Virus record (IMG/VR): IMGVR_UViG_3300036798_000500
Span: 1-28,161 of that record
Source: a virus
Taxonomy: Duplodnaviria; Caudoviricetes
Direction: 5' to 3' (one strand)
DNA length: 28,161 bases
Part shown: positions 1 through 7,041 of the stretch, in pieces
Position numbering within the stretch: position 1 is the stretch's first letter
Layout of the letters: each line of letters opens with the position of its first letter
Notes under the pieces: model-generated
Told to the model about the DNA's origin: nothing
The model's database searches: none
What the model saw: the letters and a program-made list of their open reading frames with translations, nothing else
Position numbers and translations under genes: made by a program

Positions 1-648
1 GAGAGCCTGACGTGCCTCTCTAGGTGTAATGGATAAGGAGGTGGCTATGACTGAGACGTGGACGAGACCGGTTTTGTCGAGCCTGGGAGCGGAGGTGCGT
101 GTACGCGTGCGTGAGGACGAGCGGGTATCCGTTACCATTAAGGGCTCGGGTTGGGGGTCCTCTGGGTCGATGGTGAGAGTCGTTTGGAATGGACGAGTGA
201 GGAGGAAAGGCTGGCGTTGGACCTGGAGCGGGAGCTGGTAGTGGGACTCAGTGGGGGTAGGCTCGTACTCCATGATGTCTTCGAGGGTGGGTGAGCGAGG
301 GCCTGAGGGTCTGGTCTTGATGACTGCTCCACCGGGGGAGGCTGGAGAGGGGAAGTCTGGGATGAGGATGGAGTTGTGGTCGAGCCAGCGATGAGGACGT
401 TGGATGAAGGAGTCACGACCTGAAGGGTCGGGAACTCTGAGGAACAGAGTGACGAATGCGAGGGCGGCATATGGCTCCGAAAACACTTGAACGATGATGC
501 GGCGATAGTGATTAGGAGGGAGATGGGACGGATCGTGGGGGTAGTGGGCGTAGAGGGCGATGCGAGGGCGTTTATCGGGAGAGGCGTGACGTGGGAACGG
601 ATGTGGCAACTTGCTGATTGAATTTGGAGGAGTCACTGGAGACCTCAT
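1..648 (-). CDS. Partial (runs off left edge) Pro-rich hypothetical protein with a C-terminal HTH-like module of the early-cassette family; absent from ORF track
   Basis: Manual translation from ATG at 648 is open to position 1 (MRSPVTPPNS...LDKTGLVHVSVIATSLSITPREARQAL). The last 21 aa resemble FRVADLAREVGVDPRFARARL of 2851..3135. A matching promoter lies at 676..704. Confidence 0.7.
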   Translation of the reverse strand, partial: MRSPVTPPNSISKLPHPFPRHASPDKRPRIALYAHYPHDPSHLPPNHYRRIIVQVFSEPYAALAFVTLFLRVPDPSGRDSFIQRPHRWLDHNSILIPDFPSPASPGGAVIKTRPSGPRSPTLEDIMEYEPTPTESHYQLPLQVQRQPFLLTRPFQTTLTIDPEDPQPEPLMVTDTRSSSRTRTRTSAPRLDKTGLVHVSVIATSLSITPREARQAL

Positions 649-675
649 GACGAAAAAGTGATAGAGTGCTAACTC

Positions 676-704
676 ATTGTATCATAACGGGAAATCGCTG
701 TCAA
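676..704 (-). promoter_or_regulatory. sigma70-type extended -10 promoter
   Basis: Minus strand TTGACA-N14-TGA-TACAAT, same geometry as the repeated early promoters. Confidence 0.7.
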
Positions 705-752
705 CGCCCAAACCGAGAGCCTTGTTCATGGGAAAGAGTGATCCGTTCTCTA

Positions 753-782
753 TTGACAAGAAGGTCGGTCTTGGCGTATAAG
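753..782 (+). promoter_or_regulatory. Putative sigma70 promoter for the nusG-like/terS unit
   Basis: TTGACA (753-758)-N18-TATAAG (777-782), divergent from 676..704. Confidence 0.55.
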
Positions 783-808
783 ATACTAAGGTTTTGGCCG
801 CTTGAAAT

Positions 809-1363
809 TTGGCGATATTGGCTTGGTTATGTATCCATACCAAACCTCACAAGGAGCTCCCCGTTCAGGAGCTGTTACTGGACCTCGCTCTTGATGTCTT
901 CTTCCCGACGCGCAGGATCACTCTACCTGACAGAGCCAGACCCGGCCACAGCTGCTCCCAGACGATCCCACTCTTCCCCCGATACCTGTTCGCCGAAGTC
1001 GACCCGCCGGACTACTTTGCCGTACCTCAGGTCAGAGGCGTATCCCAAGTGGTACAGACTCGAGATGACGATGGCTTCCCCTTCTTCCTCACTGTTCCGC
1101 CTCAGGCCATAATCGCCTTGCGTGCCGGCTCACCGCCCCATCTCACCGTAGGTCAAGAGCTCAAGCTCAAAGCTCCCTACGTCGGCTTACTTGCCATAGT
1201 CCACTCCATTTCCCATCTCGACAGTTCTGGCCAGGTCGAGGTATGGCTACATATGCTCGGGTCCCGTCGCTCGGTATCCCTGCACCATTCTCTCATAGAG
1301 CCTGCGGCTAAAGCCCCAGTCTCCAGTCTGATCCAGGCAGAGAGTCCGCCCTCACCGGCCTGA
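809..1363 (+). CDS. NusG/RfaH-family transcription antitermination factor
   Basis: NGN-type motifs WLCIHTKPHKE, PLFPRYLF and VRGVSQVV, then a KOW-like VGQELKLKAPYVGL segment; sits upstream of the packaging genes. Confidence 0.8.
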   Translation: MAILAWLCIHTKPHKELPVQELLLDLALDVFFPTRRITLPDRARPGHSCSQTIPLFPRYLFAEVDPPDYFAVPQVRGVSQVVQTRDDDGFPFFLTVPPQAIIALRAGSPPHLTVGQELKLKAPYVGLLAIVHSISHLDSSGQVEVWLHMLGSRRSVSLHHSLIEPAAKAPVSSLIQAESPPSPA

Positions 1364-1425
1364 CTCTCGGACAGCCACGATCCGGCTAGTTAGCTGACCC
1401 GCCATGAAGGTCGACTGCCAGAGCT

Positions 1426-1983
1426 ATGCCCAGAGTTAGCGATGTTCAGCTTCAGTATACCCATGAGCTGGCTGAGGAGATTTGCCAGCGGCTGGCGGAG
1501 GGCGAGACACTCGGCCACATCTGCAGCGACCTCAGCTTAAACGACCCTAACTACCCGAAGCTTGAACCACACAAGGTCCGTAAGTGGACCAGAGAGTATA
1601 TAGACTTCAAGGAGATGTATACTCAAGCCCTGATCGACGGAGCCGAGGCTATGCTCGACCAGATGCACGACATAGCCGAAAATCCCTCGATGGTAGAGCT
1701 TGTCACCGAGAAGTGGTCAGGGGGCCGTAACCCTAAACTGCTGGAGCGGACGGTCAAGATCGTCGATAGCTTGGAGCGGGATAAGCTCCGTATCTTGGTC
1801 CGACAGCATAGAGCAAGAATGCAGTCACCGTCGGTCCAGGATATCGAGAAGAAGACTGTCGCTCTCCAGGGAGGTGATCCCGCCAATCCTGTGGCCATTG
1901 AGATTCGTGGAGGTCTACCTCCGCTGCCTCATCAGAACAACGATCCTGTCCCAATCGCTGCGCCTGAAGACCCACCTGCCTAG
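1426..1983 (+). CDS. terS: Terminase small subunit
   Basis: N-terminal YTHELAEEICQRLAEGETLGHIC is typical of Sf6/P22-like TerS HTH; helical oligomerisation region (ALIDGAEAMLDQMHDIAE...RDKLRI). Confidence 0.8.
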   Translation: MPRVSDVQLQYTHELAEEICQRLAEGETLGHICSDLSLNDPNYPKLEPHKVRKWTREYIDFKEMYTQALIDGAEAMLDQMHDIAENPSMVELVTEKWSGGRNPKLLERTVKIVDSLERDKLRILVRQHRARMQSPSVQDIEKKTVALQGGDPANPVAIEIRGGLPPLPHQNNDPVPIAAPEDPPA

Positions 1984-2403
1984 TTCCTTGACGTTGAGGT
2001 CGGCTAGCTCAGGGTGACGCCGTGCGCGTGCTCGTAGCTGATATCCAGCCTCGTTGCTGATCTCCGTGAGGTGAAAGCAGTCGCTAGGTATTACTGTGGC
2101 GCGGGTTGTCTTCTGGCTGGCAACAGCGGTCAACTTTGGCTTGTCGAGTATCTTGCCCTTGCGACCGAGACGTCGTGCTCCTTGGCGTCTGACCCCCTTG
2201 GCGTTAGCGCCTCGACCGTACTTGACGTCGCCTCCACGGGCTAGGTACTCGGCGATGAGCTCTTTCTCACTCTTCTGTGGGGTCTGAGCCTTCTTCCTCT
2301 GGAGGATGGAGTACTTCAGCTGATCCTCCGTCCCGGTCCATTTTTTGAGAGGGACCTTGCCGTCGATCTCCCTCAGGCTGTTCAGCTCAGCGAGTAGGTC
2401 CAT
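1915..2403 (-). CDS. Basic early protein with C-terminal HTH/wing module (paralog family)
   Basis: C-terminus IPSDCFHLTEI...LRARARR...RWVF resembles IPDNCFRVADL...ARARLR...AWVF of 2851..3135; its 3' end overlaps the terS 3' end convergently. Confidence 0.7.
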   Translation of the reverse strand: MDLLAELNSLREIDGKVPLKKWTGTEDQLKYSILQRKKAQTPQKSEKELIAEYLARGGDVKYGRGANAKGVRRQGARRLGRKGKILDKPKLTAVASQKTTRATVIPSDCFHLTEISNEAGYQLRARARRHPELADLNVKELGRWVFRRSDWDRIVVLMRQRR

Positions 2404-2407
2404 CCGG

Positions 2408-2689
2408 CTATTCCTCGAATGTCAGTGTGGCGATTTCTCGGATCGGGATGACGACGGTGCGGGGATATGCTTCGTCGGTATTCTCCGTTTCGAGGGTGAA
2501 GGTGTAGGCGTCGTCGTCGGAGCCTATGTGCATCATGTAGGTCAGGCCTTTGATGAGCACGGTGATTGTTTCGAGGGAGTCGTTGAAGACGAGTTCGAAG
2601 TCAGGCGGGTCGGCGTCGAAGTCACCCGCCTCCAGGAAGCCGTCGATGATGGACAGTGCGTCACGAGCCCGTTCGTAGTTGAGTATCAA
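2408..2689 (-). CDS. Small acidic early protein (93 aa)
   Basis: TTG start after a GGAGGACAC RBS and promoter 2727..2755; 21 D/E versus 5 K/R. Confidence 0.7.
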   Translation of the reverse strand: MILNYERARDALSIIDGFLEAGDFDADPPDFELVFNDSLETITVLIKGLTYMMHIGSDDDAYTFTLETENTDEAYPRTVVIPIREIATLTFEE

Positions 2690-2726
2690 TTTGGTGTCCT
2701 CCATGCCGAATTCATTTCGACTGTTT

Positions 2727-2755
2727 ATTGTCGCACGATGGTACGTAGGTGTCAA
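2727..2755 (-). promoter_or_regulatory. Repeated early promoter
   Basis: TTGACA-N14-TGCGACAAT. Confidence 0.8.
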
Positions 2756-2792
2756 CCCTCCATCTGCTAGCCACGATGCCGCTGCGATGACC

Positions 2793-2824
2793 AAAAAGAA
2801 GCCCCCGCCTTGTGAGCGGGGGCT
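2793..2824 (-). terminator. Intrinsic terminator
   Basis: 9-bp GC stem AGCCCCCGC/GCGGGGGCT followed by TCTTTTT on the minus strand, just after ORF 2851..3135. Confidence 0.8.
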
Positions 2825-2850
2825 GAGTTGTCGCAGCCTAGGTGGTGGAC

Positions 2851-3135
2851 CTATTCGGCTGCGAGGTCCTTTGCAGCTTCCTCGTCCTCGGCTTCGACCT
2901 TCGCCTTCTTGGTCACGCCTTGAGCTTGGATGAGCTTGGTCACGCGGACCTTGTGCTTGTTGAGGAAGACCCACGCCGCGTTGAAGACGTGCGGGCCTTT
3001 CTCGCAGTCGGGGACCCGCTCTCCGTCGGCGATGGCCTTGCGGAGGCGGGCGCGGGCGAAGCGGGGATCGACCCCGACTTCCCGAGCGAGGTCGGCGACT
3101 CGGAAGCAGTTGTCGGGGATTTGCTTGGTAGACAT
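2851..3135 (-). CDS. Small HTH-type DNA-binding protein (paralog family)
   Basis: FRVADLAREVGVDPRFARARLRK...WVF; GAGGACAC RBS; has its own promoter and terminator. Confidence 0.8.
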   Translation of the reverse strand: MSTKQIPDNCFRVADLAREVGVDPRFARARLRKAIADGERVPDCEKGPHVFNAAWVFLNKHKVRVTKLIQAQGVTKKAKVEAEDEEAAKDLAAE

Positions 3136-3184
3136 GGTAGAGTGTCCTCTCAGCTAAGTCATCGGAGATCAACGACAATACTGC

Positions 3185-3213
3185 ATTATCGCATATCGGC
3201 AGACGGGTGTCAA
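3185..3213 (-). promoter_or_regulatory. Repeated early promoter
   Basis: TTGACA-N14-TGCGATAAT. Confidence 0.8.
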
Positions 3214-3269
3214 CATCCATCTTGCTCTTTTTCTGCTGACCGCGTGTCTGCCTGGTGCCCCCCATCGTG

Positions 3270-3319
3270 CCGCTGCGACCGACCAGACGCTTGTTACGGC
3301 ATCTGGTCAGCGCGAGCGG
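3270..3319 (-). repeat. 50-nt RNA hairpin, copy 1
   Basis: Minus strand CCGCT..CTGACCAGATGC-loop-GCGTCTGGTCGG..AGCGG with G-U pairs; related to 4533..4582. Confidence 0.6.
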
Positions 3320-3325
3320 TGTGTC

Positions 3326-3517
3326 CTATATGTGGTGATCGGTGAAGCAGATCCACAGATAGTCCTCATCGCGGTTGGCGATGCGAGCATCTGGGTAGAT
3401 GTATTTGATCCCTGCCAAGATCCCCAATTCGATGGCAGTGGTATCGGTGATGGTTTCGTCGTGGTCGTTGGGGTCCGTCGCGTCGATGGCGATGGCGATG
3501 GTGATGTTAGCGGTCAT
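3326..3517 (-). CDS. Small acidic hypothetical protein (63 aa)
   Basis: ATG overlaps the upstream stop (ATGA coupling at 3514-3517); MTANITIAIAIDATDPND... Confidence 0.65.
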   Translation of the reverse strand: MTANITIAIAIDATDPNDHDETITDTTAIELGILAGIKYIYPDARIANRDEDYLWICFTDHHI

Positions 3518-3798
3518 GCCTCGAACTCCTTGAGGATGTCGGTTTGAGCTTGGGAGAGCGGGAGACCGCATTCGCGACGGTCGTATGCTCGGCCGAGGAG
3601 CTCTTCCCTGTCCTCGGTCCAGTTGTCCGGGCGGGTCTCGATGATGAGTACCCGTCCCCAATCGTCCACGTGACGACCGACGATGCGTTCGGGCGCGTAG
3701 CCCATTTGATCGATGAGGCCTTTCTCGGCCTCCTCTTGGCTCGGGTACACATGCGAGTGTGTCCCGTCCTCAGCTCGAATGAGCAAAATGTAAGTCAT
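3514..3798 (-). CDS. Hypothetical early protein (94 aa)
   Basis: ATG at 3798 after a GGAGGACAC RBS and promoter 3840..3868. Confidence 0.7.
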   Translation of the reverse strand: MTYILLIRAEDGTHSHVYPSQEEAEKGLIDQMGYAPERIVGRHVDDWGRVLIIETRPDNWTEDREELLGRAYDRRECGLPLSQAQTDILKEFEA

Positions 3799-3839
3799 TG
3801 AGTGTCCTCCACGACGCACCGCATGTGCATCGACTGTCA

Positions 3840-3868
3840 ATTGTCGCACGTTGGGAGACGGTTGTCAA
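3840..3868 (-). promoter_or_regulatory. Repeated early promoter
   Basis: TTGACA-N14-TGCGACAAT. Confidence 0.8.
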
Positions 3869-3987
3869 CACGCCATATGCTGTTCGAAGGCCAGACCGTA
3901 CCAAGACCTGGCCGCTTGGTCGCCACAGATGTTCTGGCTCTTTTTCCGGCCGCATCTGTGGGCCTGGCTATTCCTGGCACGAGCGGC

Positions 3988-4016
3988 AAAAAAGAGGCGC
4001 GCACAAGGCGCGCCTC
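3988..4016 (-). terminator. Intrinsic terminator
   Basis: GAGGCGCGC-5 nt loop-GCGCGCCTC then TTTTTT on the minus strand. Confidence 0.85.
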
Positions 4017-4026
4017 AGTTGGTCGA

Positions 4027-4425
4027 TCAATGTTGGTCGAGCAGCAGTTTCGTCAGGCACGATGGTTGCGTGCCAAAATAATCGACGGAGTCATCGCCCG
4101 ACAACCCGAACAATTCCCAGGTCGGCGTGGTTTCGGTTTCGTCGTATTCGAGCATCACCTGGTGGAGCAATGCGTCGGCAGTGTACAGCGCCTCGCGATT
4201 GAGGACGGTAACGCCTTCTTCGGTCACGATGAAGCCGATGTTGACGAGGTACGTCGCGAGGCGGCCGAATCCGTCGATTGGGATGAGGTACGCGGAATAA
4301 TCCTGGATGACCTCGGCGAGGCCTTTGGCGTACATGTGTTGGTCAAGGCCTGCCCAATCGAAATGTTCGGCAGCGGTCGGGAGTTCGGCAAGTTGTTCCC
4401 ACGTGAACGTCACAGGGTATTGCAT
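4027..4425 (-). CDS. Acidic early protein (132 aa)
   Basis: ATG at 4425 after a GAGGACA RBS; about 21 D/E versus 4 K/R; own promoter and terminator. Confidence 0.75.
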   Translation of the reverse strand: MQYPVTFTWEQLAELPTAAEHFDWAGLDQHMYAKGLAEVIQDYSAYLIPIDGFGRLATYLVNIGFIVTEEGVTVLNREALYTADALLHQVMLEYDETETTPTWELFGLSGDDSVDYFGTQPSCLTKLLLDQH

Positions 4426-4469
4426 GTGGTTTGTCCTCAGTTGTTGACCGCATGATGCGATCACCATTA

Positions 4470-4498
4470 ATTGTCGCATGTTGGCAGATGTCACGCAA
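4470..4498 (-). promoter_or_regulatory. Repeated early promoter
   Basis: TTGCGT-N14-TGCGACAAT. Confidence 0.75.
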
Positions 4499-4532
4499 CC
4501 CTTATGTTGCCCTCAACTATTTGTGGAATATG

Positions 4533-4582
4533 CCGCTGATGCCGACCAGACGCTCGAGTGAGCGCCTGGTCAGTCGCAGCGG
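4533..4582 (-). repeat. 50-nt RNA hairpin, copy 2
   Basis: Minus strand CCGCTG..CTGACCAGGCGCTC-ACTC-GAGCGTCTGGTCGG..CAGCGG, directly after the stop at 4584. Confidence 0.6.
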
Positions 4583-4583
4583 T

Positions 4584-4745
4584 TCAGATAGCCGTGATCC
4601 CAGCTTGGTAAAGCCTCTTACTCAGCTCCTCCAACTCGGCCAAGTTGTTGTCCATGGCCTCCGACTCTCCCTCGTCCTGAGGCTCGAACTCGTTCAGCAA
4701 GCGAACGGCCTCGGCGATGATCCTCTGTGGGCAGATCTTAGCCAT
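4584..4745 (-). CDS. Small acidic helical protein (53 aa), below ORF-track cutoff
   Basis: MAKICPQRIIAEAVRLLNEFEPQDEGESEAMDNNLAELEELSKRLYQAGITAI; GAGGA RBS, starts 2 nt after the upstream stop. Confidence 0.65.
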   Translation of the reverse strand: MAKICPQRIIAEAVRLLNEFEPQDEGESEAMDNNLAELEELSKRLYQAGITAI

Positions 4746-4747
4746 GA

Positions 4748-4966
4748 TCAATCCTCGGGGTGGTCGATGTCGCGGTAGACGATGAAGCGTTTGATCCCGA
4801 GGGCCTCCTGCAGTCCTGGAGGACAGCGGGGCAGATATCCGGATAGGTAGTTCGACAACGAGTTGGCGTTGATGTTGTGCTCCCTGGAGAAGGTAAGGAG
4901 CGGTGTGTCCCCGACCTTCTTCTTGGCGAGCTTGCGGACTTTCGTCTCGGTGAGATACTTGGCCAT
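4748..4966 (-). CDS. Cro/XRE-like HTH protein
   Basis: LLTFSREHNINANSLSNYLSG..P..LQEALGI pattern; AAGGAAAGGA RBS. Confidence 0.65.
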   Translation of the reverse strand: MAKYLTETKVRKLAKKKVGDTPLLTFSREHNINANSLSNYLSGYLPRCPPGLQEALGIKRFIVYRDIDHPED

Positions 4967-4987
4967 TTGGAATTTCCTTTCCTTGGG

Positions 4988-5176
4988 TTAGGCCTTGACG
5001 AGCATGGAGTGCTCGATGTAGACGTTTTGGTCAGCGTAGGTGGTGGCCTTCAGCGCAGTGGCGACGATGTGGGCCTCACGCTTGGTGTAGCACACAGCCA
5101 CGTGGCTGTAGACCTTAGGCAGGTCGGGGTCCTCGACGAGGATAACGAAACAGTCGGTTTGATTGGCGAGGTACAT
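4988..5176 (-). CDS. Hypothetical early protein (62 aa)
   Basis: AAGGACAC RBS; downstream of promoter 5223..5251. Confidence 0.7.
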   Translation of the reverse strand: MYLANQTDCFVILVEDPDLPKVYSHVAVCYTKREAHIVATALKATTYADQNVYIEHSMLVKA

Positions 5177-5222
5177 AGTCAGTGTGTCCTTGTGTGACGC
5201 GCCGAATGCGTGTCAACCGTTT

Positions 5223-5251
5223 ATTGTCGCACATTGCGTGCTGACACGCAA
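5223..5251 (-). promoter_or_regulatory. Repeated early promoter
   Basis: TTGCGT-N14-TGCGACAAT. Confidence 0.75.
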
Positions 5252-5373
5252 CCCTTTTGTTACCCTGCCGGAGCCGTTCGTGTTGCCGCTCGTGCCAGCT
5301 CTCTGGGCGCAGCGGTATGTGCCAAGCTTGATGTAAAAATGTACCCTCGACAAGCGAGGGTACATTGTATCAG

Positions 5374-5571
5374 TCAGCAATCGCTGAGGCGAGCGATTGT
5401 GAACGAGCCGTAGCTGTCATCGATGCGCGGTGCAGTGATACGGTAGAGTCGATCATCGGCGAACATGCGGATGATGATGTCGAGGTGCGACTCAGATGAG
5501 TCGTTTTCGAGCAAGTCGTAATTCGACGCTGAAAATTCGTTGTGCCATGCGTCCTGAGTCAGTGCCTTCAT
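5374..5571 (-). CDS. Hypothetical early protein (65 aa, acidic)
   Basis: GAGGATACAC RBS; downstream of promoter 5615..5643. Confidence 0.7.
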   Translation of the reverse strand: MKALTQDAWHNEFSASNYDLLENDSSESHLDIIIRMFADDRLYRITAPRIDDSYGSFTIARLSDC

Positions 5572-5614
5572 TTCAGTGTATCCTCAGTATGTGCCGTGTC
5601 GTCATTGACTACAC

Positions 5615-5643
5615 ATTGTCGCACGTTGGGAACCGCAACGCAA
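5615..5643 (-). promoter_or_regulatory. Repeated early promoter
   Basis: TTGCGT-N14-TGCGACAAT. Confidence 0.75.
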
Positions 5644-5744
5644 CTCTTATGTGACCATCGCCTATGCCCTGCCGGAGAGATATGGCAGATGCCCCGATGC
5701 CGCTACGACCGGCCGCATCTCTGGCCGGAGCCAGACGGCTAAGC

Positions 5745-5774
5745 AAAAAGAGAGGCCTGCACGAGGCAGGCCTC
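5745..5774 (-). terminator. Intrinsic terminator
   Basis: GAGGCCTGC-5 nt loop-GCAGGCCTC then TCTTTTT on the minus strand. Confidence 0.85.
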
Positions 5775-5785
5775 CCGTTGGTGAG

Positions 5786-6076
5786 TTATTCGGTGGGAGC
5801 GTCGACGGGCTCCGGTTTCGCCTTCTTGGCCTTAGCCGAGTATTTGGCGAATTGGGCGTCGGTCATGATCAGGCGAGCGACGCGATCCCGTTCACGCAGG
5901 GGGAATGTCCACGGGTCGTTGAAAGTGTGAGCGACTCGTTTGCTGTCCCCGTCGAGCACGAGAGGGACCTTCTTCGAGTCCGCGCGCATGTTGCGGCGGA
6001 GCGCGCCTCGGGCCTTCTTCGGGTCGATGCCGTGTTCGCGAGCGAAGTCAGCGATTTTGAAGGTAGCAGCAGCCAT
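5786..6076 (-). CDS. Small HTH-type DNA-binding protein (paralog family)
   Basis: FKIADFAREHGIDPKKARGALRR...WTF; GAGGACAC RBS; own promoter and terminator. Confidence 0.85.
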   Translation of the reverse strand: MAAATFKIADFAREHGIDPKKARGALRRNMRADSKKVPLVLDGDSKRVAHTFNDPWTFPLRERDRVARLIMTDAQFAKYSAKAKKAKPEPVDAPTE

Positions 6077-6126
6077 TTCAGTGTGTCCTCAGTCGGCGAC
6101 ATGCGCCAATCGCATATCGACCTTGC

Positions 6127-6155
6127 ATTGTCGCATGACGGCTTCCATCATGCAA
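6127..6155 (-). promoter_or_regulatory. Repeated early promoter
   Basis: TTGCAT-N14-TGCGACAAT. Confidence 0.75.
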
Positions 6156-6362
6156 CTCTTTTTCTGCTCACCTGTGGGGGCTTGCCGAGCTTTACCCTGA
6201 GCTCGGTTTAGCTTAGGGCCCCACGAAGGCTTACTCATACGAGGGCTATATATAAGCGCGGGCCACAGATGTTCCGGTTCCGCCGGCCACATCTCCAGCT
6301 CCGCCTCCGCGTGGCGCGGGGTGCGACAATCGGTCGCGGCACGCGGAGGGTGCGACAGCGTG

Positions 6363-6392
6363 GCGCACACGCAGGGCGCGCACACGCAGGGC
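6363..6392 (+). repeat. 15-bp tandem direct repeat x2
   Basis: GCGCACACGCAGGGC twice, followed by a degenerate third copy. Confidence 0.85.
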
Positions 6393-6409
6393 GTGTACGC
6401 GCGGCGGCG

Positions 6410-6646
6410 TCATCGACGGCGCGGGGTGCGCGCATCGATGCGGCGGATGATATCATCGCGGGCATCGAGGTTGTCGGTCAGGCGTTCGAGGAAGCACATC
6501 AGCACAGCGGGATGTGCAGTGAGCAATTGGTATCGGTCGATGATGGCATCGACGCGCGCATCGAGTGCGCGGGATTGTTCAGTGTTGGAGAGGATGTCAT
6601 TCATGGCGTGTGTCCAGTTGGCAAACGTGATGGGTTGGCGACGCAT
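6410..6646 (-). CDS. Hypothetical early protein (78 aa) lacking Gly and Lys
   Basis: ATG at 6646 after a CCGGACAC RBS variant; MRRQPITFANW... Confidence 0.65.
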   Translation of the reverse strand: MRRQPITFANWTHAMNDILSNTEQSRALDARVDAIIDRYQLLTAHPAVLMCFLERLTDNLDARDDIIRRIDARTPRRR

Positions 6647-6723
6647 GATGTGTGTCCGGTTTGTGTGATCGAAAAACGCGATCACGCGCGCATCGTGTGA
6701 TGCGCGCGCGTCGCGTGCGTGTG

Positions 6724-6993
6724 TCACGCGTCCGTCGTCGTTTTGCGCGACGACATGTAACGCGCGTATTGCGCGTCGTTCATGATGATGCGCGCGACGC
6801 GTTGTTCGTCACGCATCGCGAACGTCCACGCATCGTTGTGCGTGTGCGCGACGCGTGCGTTTTCGTCGTTGACGACATGAGGCACGTTTTTCGCGTTCGC
6901 GCGCATCACACGACGCAATTTGCCACGCGCGCGTTTCGGATCGACGTTGTGCGTACGTGCGAAATTCGCGACGTTGAATGTTTTTTGCGACAT
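6724..6993 (-). CDS. Small HTH-type DNA-binding protein, recoded paralog of 5786..6076
   Basis: MSQKTFNVANFARTHNVDPKRARGKLRR...; 46/79 ungapped identities to 5786..6076; ACGGACAC RBS. Confidence 0.85.
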   Translation of the reverse strand: MSQKTFNVANFARTHNVDPKRARGKLRRVMRANAKNVPHVVNDENARVAHTHNDAWTFAMRDEQRVARIIMNDAQYARYMSSRKTTTDA

Positions 6994-7041
6994 GTTGTTT
7001 GTGTCCGTTTTTCGTGTGCGTCGCGTCGTTGCGACAATGCA

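Noticed and set aside
29-470. ORF-track calls 29..241 (+) and 138..470 (-)
   Set aside because: They are alternative frames of the longer minus-strand ORF from 648, which has a promoter and a family motif.
2690-3265. 285-aa version of ORF 2408..3265
   Set aside because: The extension crosses a promoter, a terminator and gene 2851..3135; the RBS supports a start at 2689.
2345-6211. Plus-strand ORFs across the early cassette (e.g. 3802..4455, 2842..3345, 5651..6211)
   Set aside because: Antisense shadows of minus-strand genes that have promoters, RBSs and terminators.
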